Part shown: piece after piece, positions 27,774-35,791 of the stretch
Layout: the number at the start of each line of letters is the position of its first letter
How positions within the stretch are numbered: the stretch's first letter is position 1
Source: Saprospiraceae bacterium
Lineage (GTDB): Bacteria; Bacteroidota; Bacteroidia; Flavobacteriales_C; GCA-002722245
Assembly: GCA_047631875.1 (NCBI GenBank)
Contig: JBLIAZ010000002.1
Location: 1-38,295 of the forward strand
Reading direction: 5' to 3'
Length of the DNA: 38,295 bases
Notes under the pieces: model-generated
Told to the model about the DNA's origin: nothing
The model's database searches: none
Seen by the model: only the letters and a program-made list of their open reading frames with translations
Translations under genes and position numbers: made by a program

Positions 27774-28907
27774 GTGAAATTCGAAATAAGCAAAAAAGAC
27801 AAGCTGTCAAAAGCAAGGGCAGCAACTGTAACAACGGCTCACGGAAAAATTAAAACGCCCGTGTTCATGTCAGTAGGAACAGTTGGTACGGTAAAAACTG
27901 TGCATCAAAAAGAATTAATTGAAGACATTGATGCTCCAATAATTTTAGGGAACACCTACCATTTGTACTTACGTCCTGGGACTGAAATATTACAAAAAGC
28001 AGGAGGATTACATAAGTTCATGAATTGGGACCGACCAATTTTAACTGACAGTGGAGGCTTTCAGGTATATTCTTTAGCAGGACGTCGAAAAATTAAAGAA
28101 GAGGGCGTCAAGTTTAAATCACACATTGATGGCTCTTATCATTTCTTTAGTCCCGAAAAAGCCATTGAAATTCAACGTGAAATAGGAGGAGACATTATCA
28201 TGGCGTTTGATGAATGTACGCCATACCCATGTGATTATAGGTATGCAAAACGATCCATGCACATGACTCACCGGTGGTTGGAACGATGCTGTGATCATTT
28301 TGACAAAGGCACAGAACCACTTTACGGATACGACCAAACATTTTTCCCTATCGTACAAGGAAGTACTTACAAAGACTTACGAAAGGAATCTGCAGAAGCC
28401 ATTGCGTCTTTTGGAAGAGAAGGAAACGCCATAGGGGGCCTGTCTGTAGGTGAGCCAGCTGAAGAAATGTATGCCATGTGTGAAGTAGTGTGCGACATAC
28501 TTCCTGAAGACAAACCACGTTACTTAATGGGTGTGGGAACTCCAATAAATTTATTAGAAAACGTAGCCTTGGGTGTGGACATGTTTGATTGCGTGATGCC
28601 AACTCGGAACGCACGAAATGGAATGTTATTTACATCGGAGGGGATCATCAATATCAAAAACAACAAGTGGAAAGACGATTTTAGTCTACTGGATGAAAAC
28701 GGCACTGCTAGTGTGGATAGTATATACAGTAAGGCTTATGTGCGACATTTGTTTTCAGCTCATGAATTATTAGGTAAGCAAATTGCTAGCATCCACAACC
28801 TAGCTTTTTATGTAAACTTAATGAAGCAAGCAAGACAGCATATCATCGATGGAGATTTTAGTACTTGGAAGGACATGATGGTCAAAAAGTTAGGACAACG
28901 ATTATAA
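27774..28907 (+). CDS. tgt: Queuine tRNA-ribosyltransferase
   Basis: 377 aa with a GTG start. Motifs TPVFMSVGTVGTVK, LTDSGGFQ, YLMGVGTP and DMFDCVMPTR. Confidence 0.93.
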   Translation: MKFEISKKDKLSKARAATVTTAHGKIKTPVFMSVGTVGTVKTVHQKELIEDIDAPIILGNTYHLYLRPGTEILQKAGGLHKFMNWDRPILTDSGGFQVYSLAGRRKIKEEGVKFKSHIDGSYHFFSPEKAIEIQREIGGDIIMAFDECTPYPCDYRYAKRSMHMTHRWLERCCDHFDKGTEPLYGYDQTFFPIVQGSTYKDLRKESAEAIASFGREGNAIGGLSVGEPAEEMYAMCEVVCDILPEDKPRYLMGVGTPINLLENVALGVDMFDCVMPTRNARNGMLFTSEGIINIKNNKWKDDFSLLDENGTASVDSIYSKAYVRHLFSAHELLGKQIASIHNLAFYVNLMKQARQHIIDGDFSTWKDMMVKKLGQRL

Positions 28908-28912
28908 TTGAT

Positions 28913-29992
28913 ATGTTAAAAAAGTTAGACATCTACATATTACGTAAGTTTCTAGGAACCTTCTTTTTTATCATTGCCGTATTTATTTTAATAGCTGTTG
29001 TCTTTGATATCAGTGAAAAAATAGATGATTTCATGGAGGAGGACGTGACCATGAAAGAAATTGTGGTGGACTATTACTTGAGTTTCATCCCCTGGATTTA
29101 TAGCACTTTAGCGCCTTTACTGGTATTCATTGCTGTCATTTTATTTACCTCAAAAATGGCTGCGCAAACAGAAATTATTCCAATTTTAAGTTCGGGTATT
29201 AGTTTCAACAGGATGCTGCGTCCTTATTTCATTGGCGCGTTCATATTGTTGTTCATATCTCTTTTCATGAGTCACTTTGTGATTCCCAAAACAAATAAAA
29301 ATAAGTTAGAGTTTGAAAAGAAAATTTACTGGGGTAAATATGATTTTAACAACGCTAATGTATACAAAGAGATAAAACCCAATCATTATGTCTTTGTAAA
29401 AACCTATTCTAAAACCGCTGACATTGCATACGATTTTAAATATGACATCATTGAAGACGGGCAACTTAAATACCGATTTGGAGCAAATAACATCAAGTGG
29501 AATGAAAGTAAAAAGTCCTGGCTTTGCAAAAATTGGCATGAAAGAAAAATGGTTGCTGGTAAACTTACTTTGCATCAAGGAACTATAAGGGATACTATTT
29601 TGGGATTCACCAACAAGGAATTCCACAAGGAAAAGCGTTTAATTACCACCATGAATTCTTTCGAACTAAGTGAGTACATTACTTCTGAAAAATCCAAGGG
29701 GTCCATGTATACTAAGAATTACGAAATGGAACTAATAAAACGAACAGCTGTTCCTTTTTCGATTATCATTTTAACATTCATAGGAGTGTGCATTGCCTCT
29801 AAAAAAAGTAAAGGAGGCACAGGAGCTGACATAGCATATGGTTTAGGGCTTGCCTCTTCCTATGTGTTTTTGGGTAAAGTAGGGGAAGTGTTTGCAGTCA
29901 ATACACCAATCTCCACAGAACTAGCCATTTGGATTCCCAACATCGTGTATGCTATCATAGCAATATTCATATATCGGTTAGCACCAAAATAG
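28913..29992 (+). CDS. LptF/LptG-family LPS export permease
   Basis: The ATG at 28913 gives MLKKLDIYILRKFLGTFFF, the typical family N-terminus. Six TM segments with a large periplasmic loop. The track start at 28865 would overlap tgt. Confidence 0.85.
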   Translation: MLKKLDIYILRKFLGTFFFIIAVFILIAVVFDISEKIDDFMEEDVTMKEIVVDYYLSFIPWIYSTLAPLLVFIAVILFTSKMAAQTEIIPILSSGISFNRMLRPYFIGAFILLFISLFMSHFVIPKTNKNKLEFEKKIYWGKYDFNNANVYKEIKPNHYVFVKTYSKTADIAYDFKYDIIEDGQLKYRFGANNIKWNESKKSWLCKNWHERKMVAGKLTLHQGTIRDTILGFTNKEFHKEKRLITTMNSFELSEYITSEKSKGSMYTKNYEMELIKRTAVPFSIIILTFIGVCIASKKSKGGTGADIAYGLGLASSYVFLGKVGEVFAVNTPISTELAIWIPNIVYAIIAIFIYRLAPK

Positions 29993-30014
29993 GGGATTAA
30001 GAAATCCTAATCCG

Positions 30015-31673
30015 TCAAGGAATCAAATCGTCTAAAACACGTTCGTAGTTATCTCGGGTATAGGTGGTGAGTGACAACTTGATGTGATCGTCTTCTTTAA
30101 TTCGCTTAGTGAAGTATGCCAATTTTACTTCATCACCTTTAAAAGTGGCCGCAAGGTACGTTACTTTTTTACCTCTTGGTAAATTATCAAATTTAATCAT
30201 CCCTTTGTGTTCCTTTCGGTAATACCCGTGAATGACAGATTTTATGTTTTTAAAAATGGCATATACTTTTATTTGATCATAATCAAAATCGTCAAGTTGA
30301 ACAATCACATTTGTTTTTCGTACATTGTTGTCAAACCTGTCACAATTAATGTTTCCAAGTTTACTTATTCTCATGGTTACAGGAAAATTCTTCAATTCGG
30401 CAGCGACTCTAGCGGCAGAAATAGCTTGTTGTTTTGCTCGTTCCTCGTCAATTTTTCGTTGCTGTTCCAAAAACCTCTTTCGCCTTTCTTCGGCTGCAGC
30501 AATCCTTTCTTTTCGTTCTTCGGCTGCACTTTGATCATAATCTTCTTTTTGCTTTTGGTTCAGCCCAAGCAATACACTGTTGGGATTCTTTTTTGCAATC
30601 GACAAGTACTCCTTGAAAGAACTAATGTCCACCAAATTCCCCTTTAACAAATGGTTTAACTTTCCATGTTCCTTAATTAGCTTGCTATAAGTCTGTTTAT
30701 CAAGCTTACAACTTTTCATGTTTTTACTGATGGTGGTATTTACTAAATGTATTTTTTTGCACAACTGAACATAAGTAGTTTCCGTATAAGTGACTTTCCT
30801 AGTAAGCCTGGTGCTGCCTTTTTGTCGTTTTGAAATAGGAGGGAGGTCTCCAGAGTTTGAGGATGTATTTGAAGTTGTTTTTTCAAAGCCACTAATTTTC
30901 CAATTTACTATTCCCTTTTTTTCTTGCCCATAAAATGTATTGAACATAGAAGCTTCATCGATAGTAGGAAAATTATTTTTAGCGAACTTAATCTCGGCAC
31001 TTTTCCCTCTCCTTAATTTGACATCTATACCCTCATGAGTTGCTTTTATGTGGTACATCCCTCTAGATTCTAAAATTTTACCGTTCGAGGTAGAGGTATA
31101 ACCGGTTTTAACAAAATCTCCTTTTGAAAGCATTTCATGTATTTCAACATCTACTAAAGCATCCTTTGCGCAATTAAAAGCTTCGGATGGAAAATCAATT
31201 TTATTACCCGCCTTTGTCAAACATGACCCTCCTGTTTGATTGTTAATTGTAAACAACTGAGCATTTTTTGATGCTCGACTTACATAGTTTGCATGAATGT
31301 TTTTGCCTGACTCCTTGTACACAACCAAGGATGCATAAGGAGAATATTTCATGATGATTCTTACAGGTTCTACTCCTTGATCAACCAAGTACCTGCTAAG
31401 CTCTTTACATAAGTCTTTAGAACTCCTGTTGATGACACTTTGATTATTACCCGTACTATCAGAAAAAGAATAATGAATCCAATTCCCTTCACTTAGCTTC
31501 ACATAATTGTACCAAATGTGTTCTTTCTCAATCATACTTAGTGATGGGTTTTCGGAAGAACAGTCGACATTGACATACTGAGATGCATATTTGCTTTGCA
31601 CCGATAGGGCAATAAATAGAAGAATAATGATTATTGAAAACGATGGTTTTAGAGTCTTAAATAAGGAAGTCAT
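30015..31673 (-). CDS. Secreted hypothetical protein: degenerate OmpA-like N-domain + shared beta-rich domain + K/E/R coiled coil + unknown C-terminal domain
   Basis: The ATG at 31673 gives MTSLFKTLKPSFSIIIILLFIALSVQS, a signal peptide. The track start at 31775 is a TTG that adds 34 featureless residues. See the finding for the domain evidence. Confidence 0.7.
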   Translation of the reverse strand: MTSLFKTLKPSFSIIIILLFIALSVQSKYASQYVNVDCSSENPSLSMIEKEHIWYNYVKLSEGNWIHYSFSDSTGNNQSVINRSSKDLCKELSRYLVDQGVEPVRIIMKYSPYASLVVYKESGKNIHANYVSRASKNAQLFTINNQTGGSCLTKAGNKIDFPSEAFNCAKDALVDVEIHEMLSKGDFVKTGYTSTSNGKILESRGMYHIKATHEGIDVKLRRGKSAEIKFAKNNFPTIDEASMFNTFYGQEKKGIVNWKISGFEKTTSNTSSNSGDLPPISKRQKGSTRLTRKVTYTETTYVQLCKKIHLVNTTISKNMKSCKLDKQTYSKLIKEHGKLNHLLKGNLVDISSFKEYLSIAKKNPNSVLLGLNQKQKEDYDQSAAEERKERIAAAEERRKRFLEQQRKIDEERAKQQAISAARVAAELKNFPVTMRISKLGNINCDRFDNNVRKTNVIVQLDDFDYDQIKVYAIFKNIKSVIHGYYRKEHKGMIKFDNLPRGKKVTYLAATFKGDEVKLAYFTKRIKEDDHIKLSLTTYTRDNYERVLDDLIP

Positions 31674-31786
31674 AGTCTGAATAAGTTGGTGTTCCAACTC
31701 ATAATGAACACAGGTGAAAAGGTAACGGAAGGAGCTTTGTAAACGGGGTTGAATATCTACCTTTTGTTCAACCAAAACCCAGTAAC

Positions 31787-31819
31787 AAAAAAAAAGCGAC
31801 CCAAATGGATCGCTTTTTT
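31787..31819 (-). terminator. Rho-independent terminator after the OmpA-like gene (bidirectional shape)
   Basis: AGCGACCC (31795-31802) pairs with GGATCGCT (31807-31814) with one mismatch. An A9 run lies on one side and T6 on the other. Read on the minus strand, the hairpin is followed by a 9-T tract. Confidence 0.7.
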
Positions 31820-31882
31820 GTATTACTTAGCATTGAAAACCTTAACCATTACATGGCATTGATTTCAACCTTTATTAATTCT

Positions 31883-33058
31883 TTATTTCTCTTCAGGGTA
31901 AATGTAAAAACATTTTTTAACGCCTTCAGTTTCACAAGATTTTTGTTTTCCTTTTGACTTGATATCAAGCGAAGAAAGGTTCGTTAATTTAACTTCTTTC
32001 CCTTCTTTATCCACAGCAACGATATCAAACTTAACTTCAGCACTTGGACAAGGCAAAGCTATTTTCATTTTCTTAGCTGGCTCCTCTAACGTTTTTCTGT
32101 ACACACCCATTTCACAAGCGTAATAAACAGTAACTTCTTTCAACTTCAAACCTTTTTTAGACTTAACTGTAAATTCTGGTTTTTCGTTTATGTGAGTTGC
32201 AAAATTAGCCTCGTTGCTTGTTTTTGTAGTGTAAACATAAAAAGCTTTTCCATTAACAGAATCAATTTGAGCTTTCGCTGTCCTTGAATTCCAAACACCT
32301 TTTCCAAAACTTGTCCACAAATCAGGATGCACCTTGGATTTACAATCCGTTAAAACAGGTACATAAACTGTCATGACATTTTCTAACTCTGTGCCTTCAC
32401 AAATTTTAACCTCTACTATTCCTGCTGTAGACATCACCTGCCCATTCATTCCCATTGTAGTGTAATTTGAACTTTTCAATTTTGCAGCAGTACTTATTAT
32501 GTTTACCGATAAACATGAACTGTACTTCGCAAATTCACAAGCGTTCATTTTTAACATGGCACCACCAGTTAAGTTAACAATAGTGTCAGTAGAACAATCA
32601 CCAGCAACTACCACATCAGCTTGCGCAGAATCTTCTGGTTCAGCCTCAGCAACAGGTGCCTCTCCTGATCCAAAATATTGAACAATGACTCTTCTGTTTT
32701 GTTCCCTACCTTCTTCGGTATTATTTGGTGCAAGTGGATTATTTGATCCATTGTTTACCTCAGTAATTCTATCGGCTGATATTCCTTTTGAAGTATAAAA
32801 CTTTACAAACAAGTCAACTCTTGCTTGTCCCAAACCTACATTATAGTCAGAACCACCAACACTATCACAGTGCGAAATGATTTTAATGGTAGATGAATCT
32901 CCTTTGTGCTGTTCAAAAAGCGTTTCTAAAGTAGCAGAGTGATCACTTGTCAAAGTACTCTTTTTGTAGCCAAAGAAAAAGTCCGTTGACGAACTTTGTG
33001 CGCTAACCCCAGTGGTAATAAGGGCGAAGGCAATAATGGTAAATAAGCTGTTTCTCAT
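31883..33058 (-). CDS. OmpA-family protein with an N-terminal (not C-terminal) OmpA-like peptidoglycan-binding domain and an unknown C-terminal domain
   Basis: 391 aa with signal peptide MRNSLFTIIAFALITTGVSAQ. OmpA-like motifs IKIISHCDSVGGSDYNVGLGQARVDLFVKFYTSKGISADRI and NRRVIV. Confidence 0.85.
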   Translation of the reverse strand: MRNSLFTIIAFALITTGVSAQSSSTDFFFGYKKSTLTSDHSATLETLFEQHKGDSSTIKIISHCDSVGGSDYNVGLGQARVDLFVKFYTSKGISADRITEVNNGSNNPLAPNNTEEGREQNRRVIVQYFGSGEAPVAEAEPEDSAQADVVVAGDCSTDTIVNLTGGAMLKMNACEFAKYSSCLSVNIISTAAKLKSSNYTTMGMNGQVMSTAGIVEVKICEGTELENVMTVYVPVLTDCKSKVHPDLWTSFGKGVWNSRTAKAQIDSVNGKAFYVYTTKTSNEANFATHINEKPEFTVKSKKGLKLKEVTVYYACEMGVYRKTLEEPAKKMKIALPCPSAEVKFDIVAVDKEGKEVKLTNLSSLDIKSKGKQKSCETEGVKKCFYIYPEEK

Positions 33059-33166
33059 AGTAAATAAATTAGTTCGTATTGACCGACTAATTTAGGAAAT
33101 TGAATCCTTTCTGTAACTAAAAACTCATTTTTAATTTGATTAAGATAAGTTTACCAACTGAGTTTG

Positions 33167-33174
33167 TATTTTTG
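33167..33174 (+). promoter_or_regulatory. -7 box TATTTTTG upstream of the saccharopine-dehydrogenase-family gene
   Basis: Matches TAnnTTTG. It ends 16 nt before the ATG at 33191. Confidence 0.35.
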
Positions 33175-33190
33175 CATAAAATGAGAAAAC

Positions 33191-34387
33191 ATGGGAAGTA
33201 AAGTTTTAATAATAGGTGCAGGAGGTGTCAGCAATGTAGCTACACAAAAAATGGCTCGCTTAACCGACGTATTTACTGAAGTAATGCTAGCTTCTAGGAC
33301 TAAATCAAAGTGTGATGCTATTGCAAAAATGATTGCTCATACTGACATTCAAACTGCCCAGCTTGACGCTGACAATGTACAGGAAACAATTGCTTTAATC
33401 AAACAATTCAAACCTGACCTGGTAGTGAACTTAGCCTTACCATATCAAGACTTAGCAATCATGGATGCGTGCTTGGCCACCAAAGTACATTATTTAGACA
33501 CCGCTAATTACGAACCCATTGACCAAGCAAAATTTGAATATTCATGGCAATGGGCTTACCATGAAAAATTTAAAAAGGCAGGAATCATGGCATTGTTAGG
33601 TTGTGGTTTTGACCCAGGTGTAACACAAGTATTCACCGCTTATGCCGCCAAACATTACTTTGATGAAATACACTATTTGGACATTGTGGATTGCAACGCT
33701 GGTGACCATGGAAAGGCTTTCGCTACTAATTTTAATCCTGAAATAAACATCAGGGAAATTACGCAAAAAGGAAAGTACTACGAGGATGGTGTTTGGCATG
33801 AAGTGGAATCCTTGAGCATTAAAAAAATGATTGATTATCCTGGAATAGGAGAGAGGGCTTCCTATTTAATGCACCATGAAGAACTAGAAAGTTTAGTTAA
33901 AAATTTTCCAACCATTAAAAGAGCCAGATTCTGGATGACTTTTGGTGACCAATATTTGAAGCACCTTGAAGTGATGCAAAACATTGGAATTACAAGCATC
34001 AAACCGATCAATTATGAAGGGAAACAAATTGTTCCTTTGCAGTTTTTAAAAGCCCTGCTTCCTGAACCTTCAAGTTTAGGTAAAAATTACACCGGAGAAA
34101 CTTCTATTGGTTGCATAATAAAAGGAGTGAAAAACCGTAAAGAAGTAAGTTATTATGTGTGGAACAATTGCAAACATCAGCAGGCATACAAAGACGTAAA
34201 AGGACAAGGTGTCGCATATACTACTGGAGTGCCTGCAATGATAGGAGCGAAAATGATTTTGACAGGACAGTGGCTGAAAGCAGGAGTATACAATGTGGAA
34301 CAATTTGACCCTGATCCATTCATGCAAGACTTAAAGGAATTTGGTTTGCCTTGGCACGAAAAAATCAACCAAAAACTGGCTTTTTAA
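33191..34387 (+). CDS. Saccharopine dehydrogenase-family protein, carboxynorspermidine dehydrogenase-like (polyamine synthesis)
   Basis: 398 aa. Rossmann motif IIGAGGVS, GCGFDPGV, and a length and tail typical of the bacterial carboxy(nor)spermidine dehydrogenase group. Confidence 0.75.
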   Translation: MGSKVLIIGAGGVSNVATQKMARLTDVFTEVMLASRTKSKCDAIAKMIAHTDIQTAQLDADNVQETIALIKQFKPDLVVNLALPYQDLAIMDACLATKVHYLDTANYEPIDQAKFEYSWQWAYHEKFKKAGIMALLGCGFDPGVTQVFTAYAAKHYFDEIHYLDIVDCNAGDHGKAFATNFNPEINIREITQKGKYYEDGVWHEVESLSIKKMIDYPGIGERASYLMHHEELESLVKNFPTIKRARFWMTFGDQYLKHLEVMQNIGITSIKPINYEGKQIVPLQFLKALLPEPSSLGKNYTGETSIGCIIKGVKNRKEVSYYVWNNCKHQQAYKDVKGQGVAYTTGVPAMIGAKMILTGQWLKAGVYNVEQFDPDPFMQDLKEFGLPWHEKINQKLAF

Positions 34388-34460
34388 GACCTTCATATTA
34401 GACTTGTAAAACTGTTTATAAAATAGCTGCTAAAATATTTTGATAGTAATTTTAAAAACA

Positions 34461-34468
34461 TACTTTTG
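34461..34468 (+). promoter_or_regulatory. -7 box TACTTTTG upstream of the DUF2795-like gene
   Basis: Matches TAnnTTTG. It ends 52 nt before the ATG at 34521. Confidence 0.3.
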
Positions 34469-34520
34469 CAGCAAGTGTGGATACTCAAAAAGCCTCATTA
34501 CTTTATTAAAAATATAAATT

Positions 34521-34742
34521 ATGTACTGGACATTAGAATTAGCTTCCTTTTTAACTGACGCACCTTGGCCTGCAACTAAGGATGAGTTAATTGATTTTAC
34601 AATGAGGTCTGGCGCTCCATTAGAAGTAACTGAAAACTTGCAGGAAATTGAGGACGAGGGCGACCCTTATGAGTCAATTGAAGAAATTTGGCCTGATTTT
34701 CCCACTAAGGAGGATTACCTGTTTAACGAAGACGAATATTGA
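34521..34742 (+). CDS. Small acidic DUF2795-like protein
   Basis: 73 aa. The pattern L..FL....WPATKDELIDF....GAP.EV..NL resembles DUF2795. It has its own terminator. Confidence 0.6.
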   Translation: MYWTLELASFLTDAPWPATKDELIDFTMRSGAPLEVTENLQEIEDEGDPYESIEEIWPDFPTKEDYLFNEDEY

Positions 34743-34792
34743 CTTGAGGAACGGTGAAAAAACACGGTGCAATAAGCCGGTACAAAAAGAAT

Positions 34793-34822
34793 AAAAAGGC
34801 GAGATTAATTCTCGCTTTTTTT
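34793..34822 (+). terminator. Rho-independent terminator after the DUF2795-like gene
   Basis: GCGAGA (34799-34804) pairs with TCTCGC (34810-34815), followed by TTTTTTT. An A-run lies upstream. Confidence 0.7.
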
Positions 34823-34873
34823 ATGTCTAAATTTTAAGGAACCTATACTCAAACTCCGTAATTTGCACAAGGA

Positions 34874-35704
34874 ATGAAACATGCAGCTTACTTCGTCTTG
34901 GTTTTAATTGGAATGTGTTCCTGTTCCATGTTCAAAAAGAAGCCTGTTCAAGCCACTGATTTAAAACTGTTTAAAAACACTCCTGTTTGGGATGTAGCTG
35001 AAGCGTTGTACAACCACGAATACGAAAAGGCGACCTTGTTTTTTGAAGAATCACCGGACTTGATCGACTATCAAGAAAAAAAGTTTTACCAAACATTACT
35101 TTTGTGGGCCGTAAAAAATGAAATGGTAGGAGCTGTCGATTTTATGCTCGAACTAGAAGCAGACACTGAATTGAAAGACAGGTATGGAATATTTCCAATA
35201 ATTCAAGCTGCACACTACAAAGACACTTACTTGTTAAAATTGTTGATAAAGCATGAGGCGAATACAAAAGTAGTAGGTAAGCCAAAAGGAATTGATGCTT
35301 ATCAAAAATTACGCACACCACTTATTGCAGCAGCGTCTGTGAGCAACAAAAACATCGATATTTTGTTGGAAGCAGGTGCCGACTTGGATTACACAGAAAC
35401 TAGATTTGGTCTTCAAAACGCTGTTATTACAGCCTTTTCAGCAAAAAGAGTGGACATTGTTAAGCACCTTATTATGGATAAAAAGATTAACCTTGATAAC
35501 ATTCAATACCTAAATTACAGAGGTGATTCGACTGATGTCAGGACTGAATTGAGGAAACTTGTTTACCCTTTAGACTCCGAAGAATATAAAGTCAAAATGG
35601 AAATTGTAGATTACTTGATCGCAAGAAAAATCAATTATTGGGACTCTCCAGTGCCACGAAACTTATACCATAATTTTAGTCCTAAGTATTTGAAACAGTA
35701 TTAA
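34874..35704 (+). CDS. Ankyrin-repeat protein with an N-terminal signal/lipoprotein-like sequence
   Basis: 276 aa. N-terminus MKHAAYFVLVLIGMCSCS. ANK-like repeats are present (TLLLWAVKNEMVGAVDFMLELEAD, PIIQAAHYKDTYLLKLLIKHEAN, TPLIAAASVSNKNIDILLEAGAD). Confidence 0.75.
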   Translation: MKHAAYFVLVLIGMCSCSMFKKKPVQATDLKLFKNTPVWDVAEALYNHEYEKATLFFEESPDLIDYQEKKFYQTLLLWAVKNEMVGAVDFMLELEADTELKDRYGIFPIIQAAHYKDTYLLKLLIKHEANTKVVGKPKGIDAYQKLRTPLIAAASVSNKNIDILLEAGADLDYTETRFGLQNAVITAFSAKRVDIVKHLIMDKKINLDNIQYLNYRGDSTDVRTELRKLVYPLDSEEYKVKMEIVDYLIARKINYWDSPVPRNLYHNFSPKYLKQY

Positions 35705-35757
35705 TACAAGTAGTTTACTGAATTCGTTCATTGTCATCTACTTCCAACATTTTTCAT

Positions 35758-35765
35758 TAATTTTG
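35758..35765 (+). promoter_or_regulatory. -7 box TAATTTTG upstream of the TPR gene
   Basis: Matches TAnnTTTG. Its position favours the ATG at 35792 over the GTG at 35771 as the start. Confidence 0.35.
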
Positions 35766-35791
35766 TTGCCGTGATTACTAAAACCCAATCC

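Noticed and set aside
30207-30647. 146-aa plus-strand ORF, with nested 69-aa and 60-aa ORFs, antisense to the coiled-coil region of the 30015-31673 gene
   Set aside because: GAA/AAA/CGN-rich coiled-coil coding sequence gives a stop-poor antisense strand. The translations are Phe/Leu/Ser low-complexity, with no promoter or signal.
31674-31775. 34-residue N-terminal extension (TTG at 31775) of the 30015-31673 protein
   Set aside because: The extension has no signal or motif and would bury the obvious signal peptide that begins at the ATG at 31673.
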